NCBI GenBank assembly: GCA_041173745.1
Contig: JBEDID010000003.1
Location: 1 to 35,459 of the forward strand
Direction of reading: 5' to 3'
DNA: 35,459 nucleotides
From: Candidatus Parcubacteria bacterium
GTDB lineage: Bacteria; Patescibacteriota; Minisyncoccia; Phycocordibacterales; UBA918
Shown piece by piece: positions 27,216-35,459 of the stretch. The notes under the pieces are model-generated. The model saw only the letters and a program-made list of their open reading frames with translations. It ran no database searches and was not told the origin of the DNA. Each line of letters opens with the position of its first letter. Position 1 is the stretch's first letter. The position numbers and the translations under genes were made by a program.

Positions 27216-27689
27216 CTAATAACCACGTCGGGAACGCATACATTCTCCAGGGTTTTGGTAGCCGTTTTCTTCATAAACAAAGTGACAGTCTTTGGAATTA
27301 AGGAGAGGCAGAGCTGGGTCTTCAGGGAGGGTAAAGGTTTCTAGGTTTAACGTTGGTTCGGAGGTGGTCGATTCGGTAGTGATGGTTTCTATAATTGGTG
27401 CGGTGGTTGTTGCTGTGGAAGTAGCAGTTTCTATAATTGGTGCGGTGGTTGTTGCTGTGGAAGTAGCAGTTTCTATAATTGGTACGGTGGTAGTAGAAGT
27501 TTCTATGATTGGTGCGGTGGTAGTAGCAAACAATTCTGCTGCAGCCACACCGGCTGAAGCATCAGAGATAATAGGTTTAGTATCAACCAAAATAGTGTTG
27601 GTGTTTACTGAAATAACACTAGCTACCACACCGAGGACTACGCCTAGTATAATAAATTTATAATACCGCTCAACTGAAAGTTTTGTCAT
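27216..27689 (-). CDS. Membrane-anchored Thr-rich (mucin-like) protein
   Basis: N-terminal TM, ATSTATTTAPIIET repeats and a C-terminal Cys pair; TGC-TAATAT 7 nt before the ATG. Confidence 0.75.
   Translation of the reverse strand: MTKLSVERYYKFIILGVVLGVVASVISVNTNTILVDTKPIISDASAGVAAAELFATTTAPIIETSTTTVPIIETATSTATTTAPIIETATSTATTTAPIIETITTESTTSEPTLNLETFTLPEDPALPLLNSKDCHFVYEENGYQNPGECMRSRRGY
27385..27528. repeat. 42-bp and 30-bp coding tandem repeats
   Basis: GTTTCTATAATTGGTGCGGTGGTTGTTGCTGTGGAAGTAGCA at 27385 and 27427, with shorter variants at 27469 and 27499. Confidence 0.9.
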
Positions 27690-27752
27690 ATTTCTTATAT
27701 TAGCATGAGGATAAAGCTGAAAGATGAAAGATGAAAAAAGGGGGGGGGATAA

Positions 27753-28781
27753 TTACTCAGTCTCTTTCACAAACAACTCCTTCCCACGATTCCACATTTC
27801 GGGATAGCCTTGTAATTGCAACCAATACCACCACTCGGCGCCCCAGAGGTATTGAGTAGAAAACCGTGTCTCGGCGGCGTATTTTAAAATGTCGTTGAAT
27901 TTTTCTACGTTCATGCGCGTGAACTGAATATCGAGCGGTACATCGGTGACAGGTTCAAGTAGCCAAGGCTCGGCAGAAAGTTCAATTAAGACTGATGGTT
28001 TGCGGCCATGAATTGTGGCCATGAAATTATCTTTTACCCGATAAGCTAAGGGTGGTAAAACAGTACGGAATTGTCCAAGCTCAGGATTCCAAAAATGTAC
28101 GTAGACACTAGTACCGAATACATCGCCGTGCGAGTAAGCTCCGTTCCAAGTTCCAAGATTACCACTGTCGGTTACTAAAATTTGGCGAGTAGCGTCGAGT
28201 GAACGAGTTTGAGCAATTTCTTTTTCTAGAAAATTGACGTCGAGAGCGCCACAATTTTCAAAAGCAAAGGCAGACAAGAATGGTTCATTTTCAATTTGCC
28301 ACATTACTACCGCTGAACTATTTTTGTAGCGATTAATAACTTGTTCCATGTAACGCAGCTGGGCCGCTTGTTGATCGGCCACGTTAAATGCGCGAGCCCA
28401 TTCTGGAATATGGCATTCTGGCCAACGAGGCAAACGACGTCCGACCGCCAGCACCACTGTTGCATTCACTTCTTCAGCCCGCTTGACCTGGTAATCGAGC
28501 TCTTCAAAGTTATAAACTCCCGACACTGGTTCAATCATCGGCCAATGGGCAGCCAAACGAAGGTTACGTACTTCCAGGTCATCAATAATAGCGTCGTAGG
28601 TTGCTCTCCAATCGAGCCCGAGTTCGCGTGCATAAGGAGTATTAAAAGACATTCCGTAAGTAATATGCTCCGGTACGGGTTTTTGTGCCAATACCCACAA
28701 AGTAAATAAAGCCAGCACAATAAGTCCGATTATTGAATATAAAATCGTGTGCTTAATACTGATTGTTTTATGTTTTATCAT
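27753..28781 (-). CDS. Membrane-anchored clan GH-A glycoside hydrolase (GH42/GH5-like)
   Basis: W..IEP..G.YNF..LD, WQIENEPF (acid/base) and IELSAEPW (putative nucleophile). Confidence 0.75.
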   Translation of the reverse strand: MIKHKTISIKHTILYSIIGLIVLALFTLWVLAQKPVPEHITYGMSFNTPYARELGLDWRATYDAIIDDLEVRNLRLAAHWPMIEPVSGVYNFEELDYQVKRAEEVNATVVLAVGRRLPRWPECHIPEWARAFNVADQQAAQLRYMEQVINRYKNSSAVVMWQIENEPFLSAFAFENCGALDVNFLEKEIAQTRSLDATRQILVTDSGNLGTWNGAYSHGDVFGTSVYVHFWNPELGQFRTVLPPLAYRVKDNFMATIHGRKPSVLIELSAEPWLLEPVTDVPLDIQFTRMNVEKFNDILKYAAETRFSTQYLWGAEWWYWLQLQGYPEMWNRGKELFVKETE

Positions 28782-29710
28782 GTAAAGAGAACTACGAAAC
28801 CGATCAAAATTACTACTACGTACAACAAGCGACGAAATGACACACTGGGTCGAGTATCACGATCGGTAGCAGACGCGGGTAACCATTGTGCAAAAACAAC
28901 ACTCACAAGTAGAATAAAAACATATTGTAGCCCACCGAGAGCTTGCACCACAGATACATCACCCAAATCTGTAGCTTTGAGCAACATGAAGGCTGCGATG
29001 CCAGCCAAAGCTTTGGCCGTCAAAACAATTAAACCAGCTTTTTTTGAGGTCTGTTTAGTCTGTTCACGCACTTTATCAAAATACGCTGGGACTAAGAGTA
29101 AAGACAAGGTAAACAGAACAAAACCGATTCGTGACCAGAAGAATCCATCTTGAAAACCGACCGACATAAAGAGCCCTTTCATTGTAATGTAATGCAAAGC
29201 AAAAAAGAGACCGCTATGAAATACTTGCACAATCACATCGACCTTCGGCATGGTTTGCGCCACTAACATTGTCCCGACTGACAACAAGACTAAACCAACA
29301 ATAAAATTATCGTGTATCTGAACATCAAAAAACAGATAACTCATACCAAAGGTAGACAAAGCCGACACAGAACCGATAATTGGCATCGCGTTGGACGCGT
29401 CGGAGCGTTTTAAAGCGTCATACATCGAAACTAGGGCAATGAAAAACGTGTAAGCGGTCAGAAATGACATCGCAACCACTTCAAGGGTTGGAGTTCTGAC
29501 ATTTTCAAATGATGGTATGCCCAATTCTGCAAAACCAGGTATATAACCGAGAAAATAAATCACCACCCAAAAACCAGTAAAAAGACAAGTGTAAAAAGCA
29601 TACACAAAAGGACGAGGTAACATTGTCTCGTCGGAGACGATAAATTTATCAAAGAATGCGACGATAGCATTAAGAAATTGCCCGAGGGTCGCTAAGAGTA
29701 TCCAAGACAT
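28778..29710 (-). CDS. EamA/DMT family transporter
   Basis: About 10 TM helices in two repeats; GDVSVVQAL; 4-nt overlap with the next gene. Confidence 0.75.
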   Translation of the reverse strand: MSWILLATLGQFLNAIVAFFDKFIVSDETMLPRPFVYAFYTCLFTGFWVVIYFLGYIPGFAELGIPSFENVRTPTLEVVAMSFLTAYTFFIALVSMYDALKRSDASNAMPIIGSVSALSTFGMSYLFFDVQIHDNFIVGLVLLSVGTMLVAQTMPKVDVIVQVFHSGLFFALHYITMKGLFMSVGFQDGFFWSRIGFVLFTLSLLLVPAYFDKVREQTKQTSKKAGLIVLTAKALAGIAAFMLLKATDLGDVSVVQALGGLQYVFILLVSVVFAQWLPASATDRDTRPSVSFRRLLYVVVILIGFVVLFT

Positions 29711-29714
29711 CCCT

Positions 29715-30944
29715 TTATTCTACTACAGCGTTACGTTCAATGATTTCTTTATACACGTATGCTGACGGACGAATTTTTCGTTCTAAAGTGGAATAATCAA
29801 TTTCAATCAGGCCAAAGCGTTTTTCAAATCCTAACGCCCATTCATAATTATCGAGCAACGACCAATACATGTGTCCGCGCACGTCTGCACCGGCCTGAAT
29901 TGCTTGCCACATACCTAGCACCTGCTTTTTAATATATTCAGCTCGACCGGCGTCGGTCGCATCAGCCAGTCCAGCTTCAGAGACAAACAACGGACGATTA
30001 TACTTTTTAAGCAACATCAAAGCATCATAAATATGTTCGGGAGCAAAGTTCCAGTCCATGTCGGTTTTGCGCCATTGTCGTTTATCGCCAAACTGGGTGT
30101 AAAAATAATAATTAAGTCCAATCGAATCACAATGTTTATAGGTGCGATTCATAAAAATACTGGTCCAAACATAGTTAGCAATAGCAGCTTTAAGTTTATT
30201 AAATGGATTCCAATTGGCAGCAAACACAATCACATGCTTCACCACACTAACTTCAGTCTGCGGTGAAATATTTTTTATTGCCTTATAAGCAGCGTTGTGG
30301 GACAGGGCTAGATTTTTCATGACGCGTAAATATAGGAAAAGTGGCTTAACGCCTTTTTGGGCATTGGCCTCATAAATGCGGCCGGAATTTGTTATCGATA
30401 CCAAATCTGTGACAGCAAAACGCTTGAAGGGTGGCCAAGAACCGCGTAGCCAACCGTTACTACCATAAACGTTCGGTTCGTTCATGGTAGAAAAATGATC
30501 ACACAAATCACCCAATTCTTGCACTACGAAAGCCGCGTACCGAGCAAAAATAGCCGGAGCATCAGCCCTTTCAAAACCACCAGAGTTAGCGAACCAAAGT
30601 GGCAAGGTAAAATGCCAAATAGTCACAAACGGTTTAATATTTAGTTCTTTTAAAGTCTCCAACACTGTACGGTAGTGAGCGATGGCCTGGTAATCAAATT
30701 GCCCAGCTTCGGGCTCTATCCGGGCCCACTCAACTGAGAATCGATGAGCTGTATGACCAAGGGTTTTAGCAATCGCAAAATCCTCTTTGTAGCGATTAAA
30801 GTGATCGCAGGCGTTTCCACAAAGCGGCACGCGCGCAGCGCGTGCCGCTTCCGCCCAATCAGTATTATCGATTCCACCTTCAACTTGATACGACGCCGTA
30901 GCCGCCCCCCAATAAAAACCCTCCGGAAATTTCTTTTCTAACAT
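29715..30944 (-). CDS. Glycoside hydrolase family 1
   Basis: FPEGFYWGAATASYQVEG, RFSVEWARIEP, TMNEP, VSEAG and WSLLDNYEWALG; start moved to ATG 30944. Confidence 0.95.
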   Translation of the reverse strand: MLEKKFPEGFYWGAATASYQVEGGIDNTDWAEAARAARVPLCGNACDHFNRYKEDFAIAKTLGHTAHRFSVEWARIEPEAGQFDYQAIAHYRTVLETLKELNIKPFVTIWHFTLPLWFANSGGFERADAPAIFARYAAFVVQELGDLCDHFSTMNEPNVYGSNGWLRGSWPPFKRFAVTDLVSITNSGRIYEANAQKGVKPLFLYLRVMKNLALSHNAAYKAIKNISPQTEVSVVKHVIVFAANWNPFNKLKAAIANYVWTSIFMNRTYKHCDSIGLNYYFYTQFGDKRQWRKTDMDWNFAPEHIYDALMLLKKYNRPLFVSEAGLADATDAGRAEYIKKQVLGMWQAIQAGADVRGHMYWSLLDNYEWALGFEKRFGLIEIDYSTLERKIRPSAYVYKEIIERNAVVE

Positions 30945-30967
30945 TGTGCAGTAGTATAGCAAATAAA

Positions 30968-30997
30968 AAGGCGCCCTAGCTATTGCAAGGGCGTCTT
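30968..30997 (-). terminator. Putative intrinsic terminator
   Basis: AAGACGCCCTTGC-AATA-GCTAGGGCGCCTT followed by TTTATTT on the minus strand. Confidence 0.65.
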
Positions 30998-31021
30998 GGA
31001 AATAAAAGAGCTTCTTTAAGC

Positions 31022-31495
31022 TCAAATAAATGTTACTGGTTTACCTAAACCCATGGCGACACTTATAATTAGTGCTTTATCGCCAATTAGCGGTACTTCT
31101 TTACCGTCAAAAAAACAAAAATCTGGTGTATACACACCACTACCTGAATAATGACAGGTGAACAAGTTGAATGGCTTATCACCAACTCTGACGGCGAATA
31201 AACAATTACCGTTAATTGGTTCAACTAAAAAATTAGCCTCTTTATCTCCCTCGCAATAGGTGCAAGGATGATGAGAATGACTACCTGTTGCCACTAGCAA
31301 CAACCACCTCCAGTTATTACGCCAGTTCGGATCTTCATCCATACTTTTTGCTTCCTGGTCTGGCGCTATGGATAAAGAAACAAATTTAGCAATTTCTGGC
31401 AGCGGAATTTTTTTCCAATCGTGAACATAGGACCTATCCTCACCACCTAACTTTAGGAAACTTTGGACAGGACTGTGTGTAATTTTAAGGTTCAT
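31022..31495 (-). CDS. Hypothetical protein with HSHHPCTYC motif
   Basis: 157-aa ORF with GAGGA upstream and a downstream terminator. Confidence 0.6.
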   Translation of the reverse strand: MNLKITHSPVQSFLKLGGEDRSYVHDWKKIPLPEIAKFVSLSIAPDQEAKSMDEDPNWRNNWRWLLLVATGSHSHHPCTYCEGDKEANFLVEPINGNCLFAVRVGDKPFNLFTCHYSGSGVYTPDFCFFDGKEVPLIGDKALIISVAMGLGKPVTFI

Positions 31496-31575
31496 TTTTT
31501 TATCCTCATTCAGACTTCAGAACAAAATGGTCCCAAGAAACTATACAATATTATTTAGAAAATACAAGCTTTTTG

Positions 31576-32311
31576 CTACATCTCTTTAGTATTTATAAAC
31601 GCTAGTGGCGCTAAATATTCTAGCCAGATTTTGTAGAGTTGGGTGAGAGTGGTGACGGTAGTGGCGTTTCGAGTGGCGAGGTGGGGGGGTGTTTTTTGCC
31701 CCCAAAAAAAAGCCGCCCCGAGCCCCCCAAACCGTTGGTTGATAATCCACACCATAAGCTCCGGCCAATACCGACAAAGCCGGTCGAGACTGCATAGCTC
31801 CTGAAAAAGTAAATTCATCAAGTAAATCAACGTGGGATGGAAAGGCTTGTCTAACCACCGACCGTTCGCGAGCAATCTCAACCGTTGGTTTAATTTTCTG
31901 AATAGCAGACCTGTGATACAAAAATGGCAAAGTAAAAGCTCGGCCGTTAAATGTCACGAATGTGTCGTAGGCGCCAGCGCCTTCCCAAAAATCTTCTAAG
32001 ATTTCTCGTTCGGTACGTGACTTAAAGGTAAATGAGTCTGTTATGAAGGTTTCGTTTGAATCATCAGACACGAAATAAACCGCTCCGAGATTGCGCTCAA
32101 CATCGTACATTGCCAGAGAAATAATTTGACCGGTGAGTGGAGACAGACTTAACTTATCGATAAGTTGCTGTTTATGTTCAGTGATTTTTATTTGCGCTGC
32201 GGTCGAGTCATTTTCTTTTAGCTGCTTTTTTATCAAACTTTGCTTAACAAGTTCAGAAAAAGAATTCCAGTCGTTGCCGAGGGTTTCGATTGCTAATACC
32301 AAAGTAGCCAT
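31576..32311 (-). CDS. PolB-type 3'-5' exonuclease-like (RNase H fold) protein, probably inactive, with apparent frameshift near 31681-31730
   Basis: LSPLTGQII, EILEDFW, FVTFNGRAF.LPFL..RS and HVDLLD motifs; the family-like ending LTQLYKIWLEYL is in the +1 frame. Confidence 0.7.
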
Positions 32312-32314
32312 AAC

Positions 32315-33085
32315 CTATAGAGCAGTTGGCGTTGCAGCAAAACAATTTAGAACTGTATCTCGCTGTTTAGAGAGAAAATAATGATACTGCCCAGATACTA
32401 TCGCCCCTCCACAAACGTCTGTAGCCACCTGTGAGGCCCCGTAAATAGGAAAACCATCTAGAGCATAACCAATCAGAGTATTATCGTTAAAAACTTGATA
32501 CATTCCTGCTTCGCTATTACGTATCAATGAACCATCTTGCGCAATTCCAATCACATCACTCGGAATACAATTAGTTTTATTTTTAGCGGGTATGGAGTAC
32601 ATTGGCAATTGCAATAATACGTCACGAGTCTCGGATGTAGTTGTTCCAGACACTTGATTCTCTCGATACACCAGACGAGCACCTTCAACTACAGTAAACT
32701 GCACTCCTTGCGGAGACCACGCACCAGAATAAGCAGAATAGTTTGAACATTGTTTAAGTCCCACTAGAGCCGTCTCACCAGAATCGACAACAACTACTTC
32801 AGAATCATTATTCAAAGCAGCTTCATCAATTACTAATTCAGGAGCCGATAGTGATAGTTCTCCGCCAGCGGCGATTTTACTCCGCATGGAAGCTAGGCGA
32901 TCTTCACGAGACTGAGTTTCAGGACTATAAACAACGGCTGGGTAACTGGTCTCTTCGTTTGACGTTGTCTTAAGTGACAAGTCTAACAATGAATAACCAC
33001 CGCGCGCAGAGAGAGTTACTCCAATTGCAACCAATAAGAAAACCACAGTACTAAGCACAAGAATAAAATCACGGGTACGAAACAT
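32315..33085 (-). CDS. Membrane-anchored YHYH-like domain protein
   Basis: IGYALDGFPIYG...DVCGG....GQYHY...LNCF; start moved to ATG 33085. Confidence 0.7.
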   Translation of the reverse strand: MFRTRDFILVLSTVVFLLVAIGVTLSARGGYSLLDLSLKTTSNEETSYPAVVYSPETQSREDRLASMRSKIAAGGELSLSAPELVIDEAALNNDSEVVVVDSGETALVGLKQCSNYSAYSGAWSPQGVQFTVVEGARLVYRENQVSGTTTSETRDVLLQLPMYSIPAKNKTNCIPSDVIGIAQDGSLIRNSEAGMYQVFNDNTLIGYALDGFPIYGASQVATDVCGGAIVSGQYHYFLSKQRDTVLNCFAATPTAL

Positions 33086-33099
33086 ATTACTATCATAGC

Positions 33100-33126
33100 A
33101 AAAGACGGCGGGCAAAGCCCGCCGTC
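33100..33126 (-). terminator. Intrinsic terminator of the ATP-grasp gene
   Basis: GACGGCGGGC-TTT-GCCCGCCGTC followed by TTTT. Confidence 0.85.
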
Positions 33127-33138
33127 CTCTACACACCC

Positions 33139-34431
33139 CTAGCGCACTAATACTCCCTCAGGAATATCAGTCGGGTCAACCAAGAATCCACCCATGTCTT
33201 TGCGGCCGATAATTACCGGAAACCGCAAGTGTCCGCGCGGTGTATAAGTAGCAATTGTATCAATCTCCTTCCCTTTCATCTTAAAATGCATCTTCACCGT
33301 TCGGCGTTTTTGTCGCCCACTACCTGACCGCACTTGAACCAATTTATGATGAGGGTCGAGACCTAACTCTTCCACTAAAGCACTATCAATAGACGTACGA
33401 TATGCACCGGTGTCAACCTTGGCGCGCACAGTCCGCTTTTTGTCATTACCATAAATAGTAATTCTTTCAATCACTCCCAACACAGCTGATTGTTGTTCAT
33501 TAACTGATTCAAGTGTTTCCTCAGCAAATAATTTTTTAGCCAGCTCTACCGCTCGCGTCACTGTTCCAACTTTTAAATCACCAATACGCTCAAGTCGTGT
33601 TCGCAAGGAAGCCTGATTAGCAATCTGAATCCCTAAACCAGGTCGCGCGTTAATCTCCAACACTAACGGACCAAGTTTATCATCCAACACAATATCAACT
33701 CCGGCGTAACCTAACTTTGAACACTGCTGAGCGCGTACTGAAATTTCCAAAATCTTGTCCCAATCCGGAATCCGAATACCGTGCACCTTAGTTTTTGTTC
33801 CAGGAATATGTAGTACAGGTCGATTGTACAGCACGGCAGAAGTAGTAATGCCCGTCCGAATATCTATTCCAATTCCTAAGGCTCCTAAGTGCAAGTTTGC
33901 CTTTCCATCAGAGCTTATGGTTGGCAGGCGCATCATCGCCATCACAGGCACCATATTACAAACAATAATTCGTAAATCTGGTACTCCTTTTGCAGTATAT
34001 TTTTTGAAAAAAGAATGGGGCCGAATCCGGTCTTCAATAAAAGCTGAGTCAGGTAGATTATTTAGTGAGTGCTCACCATCAAGAGCACCAAAGATGACGC
34101 GTTCTAATTCTAAAATATCACCCCTCTTCCCTCCCCCTAAAGAACCTTCTTCACCATTCCAATCACGAACAATTACAATTCCCCGACCACCATAACCATG
34201 CGCTGGCTTGATAGCAAAATCCGACGGCAAGGATTTCCAATCAAAAGCACGCACGTCATGTAGAGTGTCGAATTGAGCTAAAATCCCATTAGTCGGCACT
34301 CCTGCTTTAATCAACCGTTGTTTGGTTAGCAATTTATCATCGGCTACTAATTTCTGACGGCGACTATTAAAACGTCTTATATATAGGTAATTTCGGGCGT
34401 TCATCCCGAGTAGTGAGTTACTAACTGCCAT
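33139..34431 (-). CDS. RimK-related alpha-L-glutamate-ligase-like ATP-grasp fused to a C-terminal retropepsin-like aspartic peptidase
   Basis: LGMNARN..YI...N, DDKLLTK, IKPAHGYGGRGI, GVPDLRII, AMMRLPT..S.GKANLH.GA and LEINARPGL.IQIAN, then AKVDTGAYRTSID and IIGRKD. Confidence 0.88.
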   Translation of the reverse strand: MAVSNSLLGMNARNYLYIRRFNSRRQKLVADDKLLTKQRLIKAGVPTNGILAQFDTLHDVRAFDWKSLPSDFAIKPAHGYGGRGIVIVRDWNGEEGSLGGGKRGDILELERVIFGALDGEHSLNNLPDSAFIEDRIRPHSFFKKYTAKGVPDLRIIVCNMVPVMAMMRLPTISSDGKANLHLGALGIGIDIRTGITTSAVLYNRPVLHIPGTKTKVHGIRIPDWDKILEISVRAQQCSKLGYAGVDIVLDDKLGPLVLEINARPGLGIQIANQASLRTRLERIGDLKVGTVTRAVELAKKLFAEETLESVNEQQSAVLGVIERITIYGNDKKRTVRAKVDTGAYRTSIDSALVEELGLDPHHKLVQVRSGSGRQKRRTVKMHFKMKGKEIDTIATYTPRGHLRFPVIIGRKDMGGFLVDPTDIPEGVLVR

Positions 34432-34432
34432 A

Positions 34433-35395
34433 TTAGTCGGTAGTTACTTCACTAAATCGAAATAACTCCAACACACGTAAACCGAAGTAACGACCAATAA
34501 TAAGATTAGCCGGAATCACCAACAAGATGATTTCTGGATACAAAATAATTGTACTTTGTATCACACTGCTAGTAGCTGCTGCGTATCCAATCAGACCAAT
34601 AAAAATAGTTGTTCCGGTAATCAAAGAAGTCTCAGAAGCACTTTTGTGGAGCTGGACTGAAACAATCATGTCACCTAACAACATCAGAACCAAAATCGGA
34701 AAAATTGACACACTTAAAATTCTATCGAATCCGAGTTCAACTCCTAACCCTAGCGCGGCAAAAACCGCAATGGCCAAAAACACCATAGACAAGGAACGTT
34801 TTGGATAAAACATAATCCGTAAACTGGACAAACTCTTTTTAGCAATGTATGAAGCAACCAAAATCGCAGCCAATACTAAAAGTCCGACCGAAATACCAAC
34901 TGCCACAAGCACGAAAGAAAGCGCTATCGGCACCAACATATCGAGCGTTGGTAAACCAATCACGACTCGCACAAAACTAACAAATAGTCCTAGTAGTGGG
35001 GTAAGCAAAATCAAGAAAATCGTGTTAGCAGGCACACCGGACCGGACCGATTCCTGCACCCAGTAAGCAAAAATATTTAGAATTGATGGTTCAGTTACTG
35101 GACGATCTTCGAATAATGAAATGATAGCCACCTTCTCTGGCAGCGCTTCTGGTTGAGTCAGGTCGTTTGAGGGGGCAACTGTTTGCTGTTGATTAATAAT
35201 ACTAGCGGCGGTAGAAGAAGCGTTGTCTGTTGAAGAAGCTGTAGTAGCTATATCATCAATCAGAACTTTATCTACTACGTCGCCTTGAAAACGAAATGCT
35301 CCAGTTTCTGTCTGTGCACTTGAAAGGGCCGGCCATGACATTAGTAACAGTAAGAAATAAAAACTAGTGGCTCGGGCGATATTAAATATACTCAT
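34433..35395 (-). CDS. 7TM-transglutaminase-associated membrane domain protein
   Basis: GVP..TI.LILL.P......F.R.VIG..T....P and SIFPILV motifs; directly upstream of the ATP-grasp gene. Confidence 0.8.
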   Translation of the reverse strand: MSIFNIARATSFYFLLLLMSWPALSSAQTETGAFRFQGDVVDKVLIDDIATTASSTDNASSTAASIINQQQTVAPSNDLTQPEALPEKVAIISLFEDRPVTEPSILNIFAYWVQESVRSGVPANTIFLILLTPLLGLFVSFVRVVIGLPTLDMLVPIALSFVLVAVGISVGLLVLAAILVASYIAKKSLSSLRIMFYPKRSLSMVFLAIAVFAALGLGVELGFDRILSVSIFPILVLMLLGDMIVSVQLHKSASETSLITGTTIFIGLIGYAAATSSVIQSTIILYPEIILLVIPANLIIGRYFGLRVLELFRFSEVTTD

Positions 35396-35459
35396 ACCTA
35401 CCACTCTTTCAAAATTTCGAGCGTTTGTAAAGTCCTAACATGTCGAGATAAAAAAGGAT

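Larger units (their letters stand above)
25115..27748. mobile_element. Putative 2.6-kb inserted island carrying two surface-protein genes, no recombinase
   Basis: Bounded by the 110-bp direct repeat; the large cargo gene looks more GC-rich than its flanks (judged by eye). Confidence 0.65.

Noticed and set aside
25005-27858. DGR template/variable repeat pair
   Set aside because: The mismatches are not restricted to adenines on either strand, all are synonymous, and no reverse transcriptase is present

Overview
A 35.5-kb, gene-dense bacterial chromosomal segment, mostly on the minus strand. TGA acts as stop, Shine-Dalgarno sites are scarce and small membrane or secreted hypothetical proteins are common; this style suggests a Patescibacteria (CPR, Parcubacteria-like) genome, which is an inference. 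Core genes are typA, tRNA-Ser(GGA), lemA/DUF2207/MazG-like/htpX, groES-groEL, secG, an OppA-like binding protein, RNase J, an MFS transporter, pspC, a HAD hydrolase, HtrA, a GH1-EamA-clan A glycosidase operon, and a 7TM protein with an ATP-grasp/aspartic-protease fusion. Five things stand out. (1) A 2.7-kb integrase-free island of repeat-rich surface-protein genes is bracketed by a 110-bp duplicate of a glycosidase 3' end whose 7 differences are all synonymous. (2) A 136-bp-period, hairpin-rich repeat duplicates the tRNA-Ser 3' end and carries a sequence antisense to its T arm. (3) Three 39-bp repeats with a covarying GNA-triloop hairpin lie in the predicted groESL leader. (4) Many genes have a -10 box immediately before ATG, i.e. 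leaderless architecture. (5) Two enzymes have altered active sites (a PyrD-like protein and a PolB-type exonuclease). No integrase, transposase, reverse transcriptase or CRISPR array was seen. Family assignments come from recognising motifs by eye, not from database searches.
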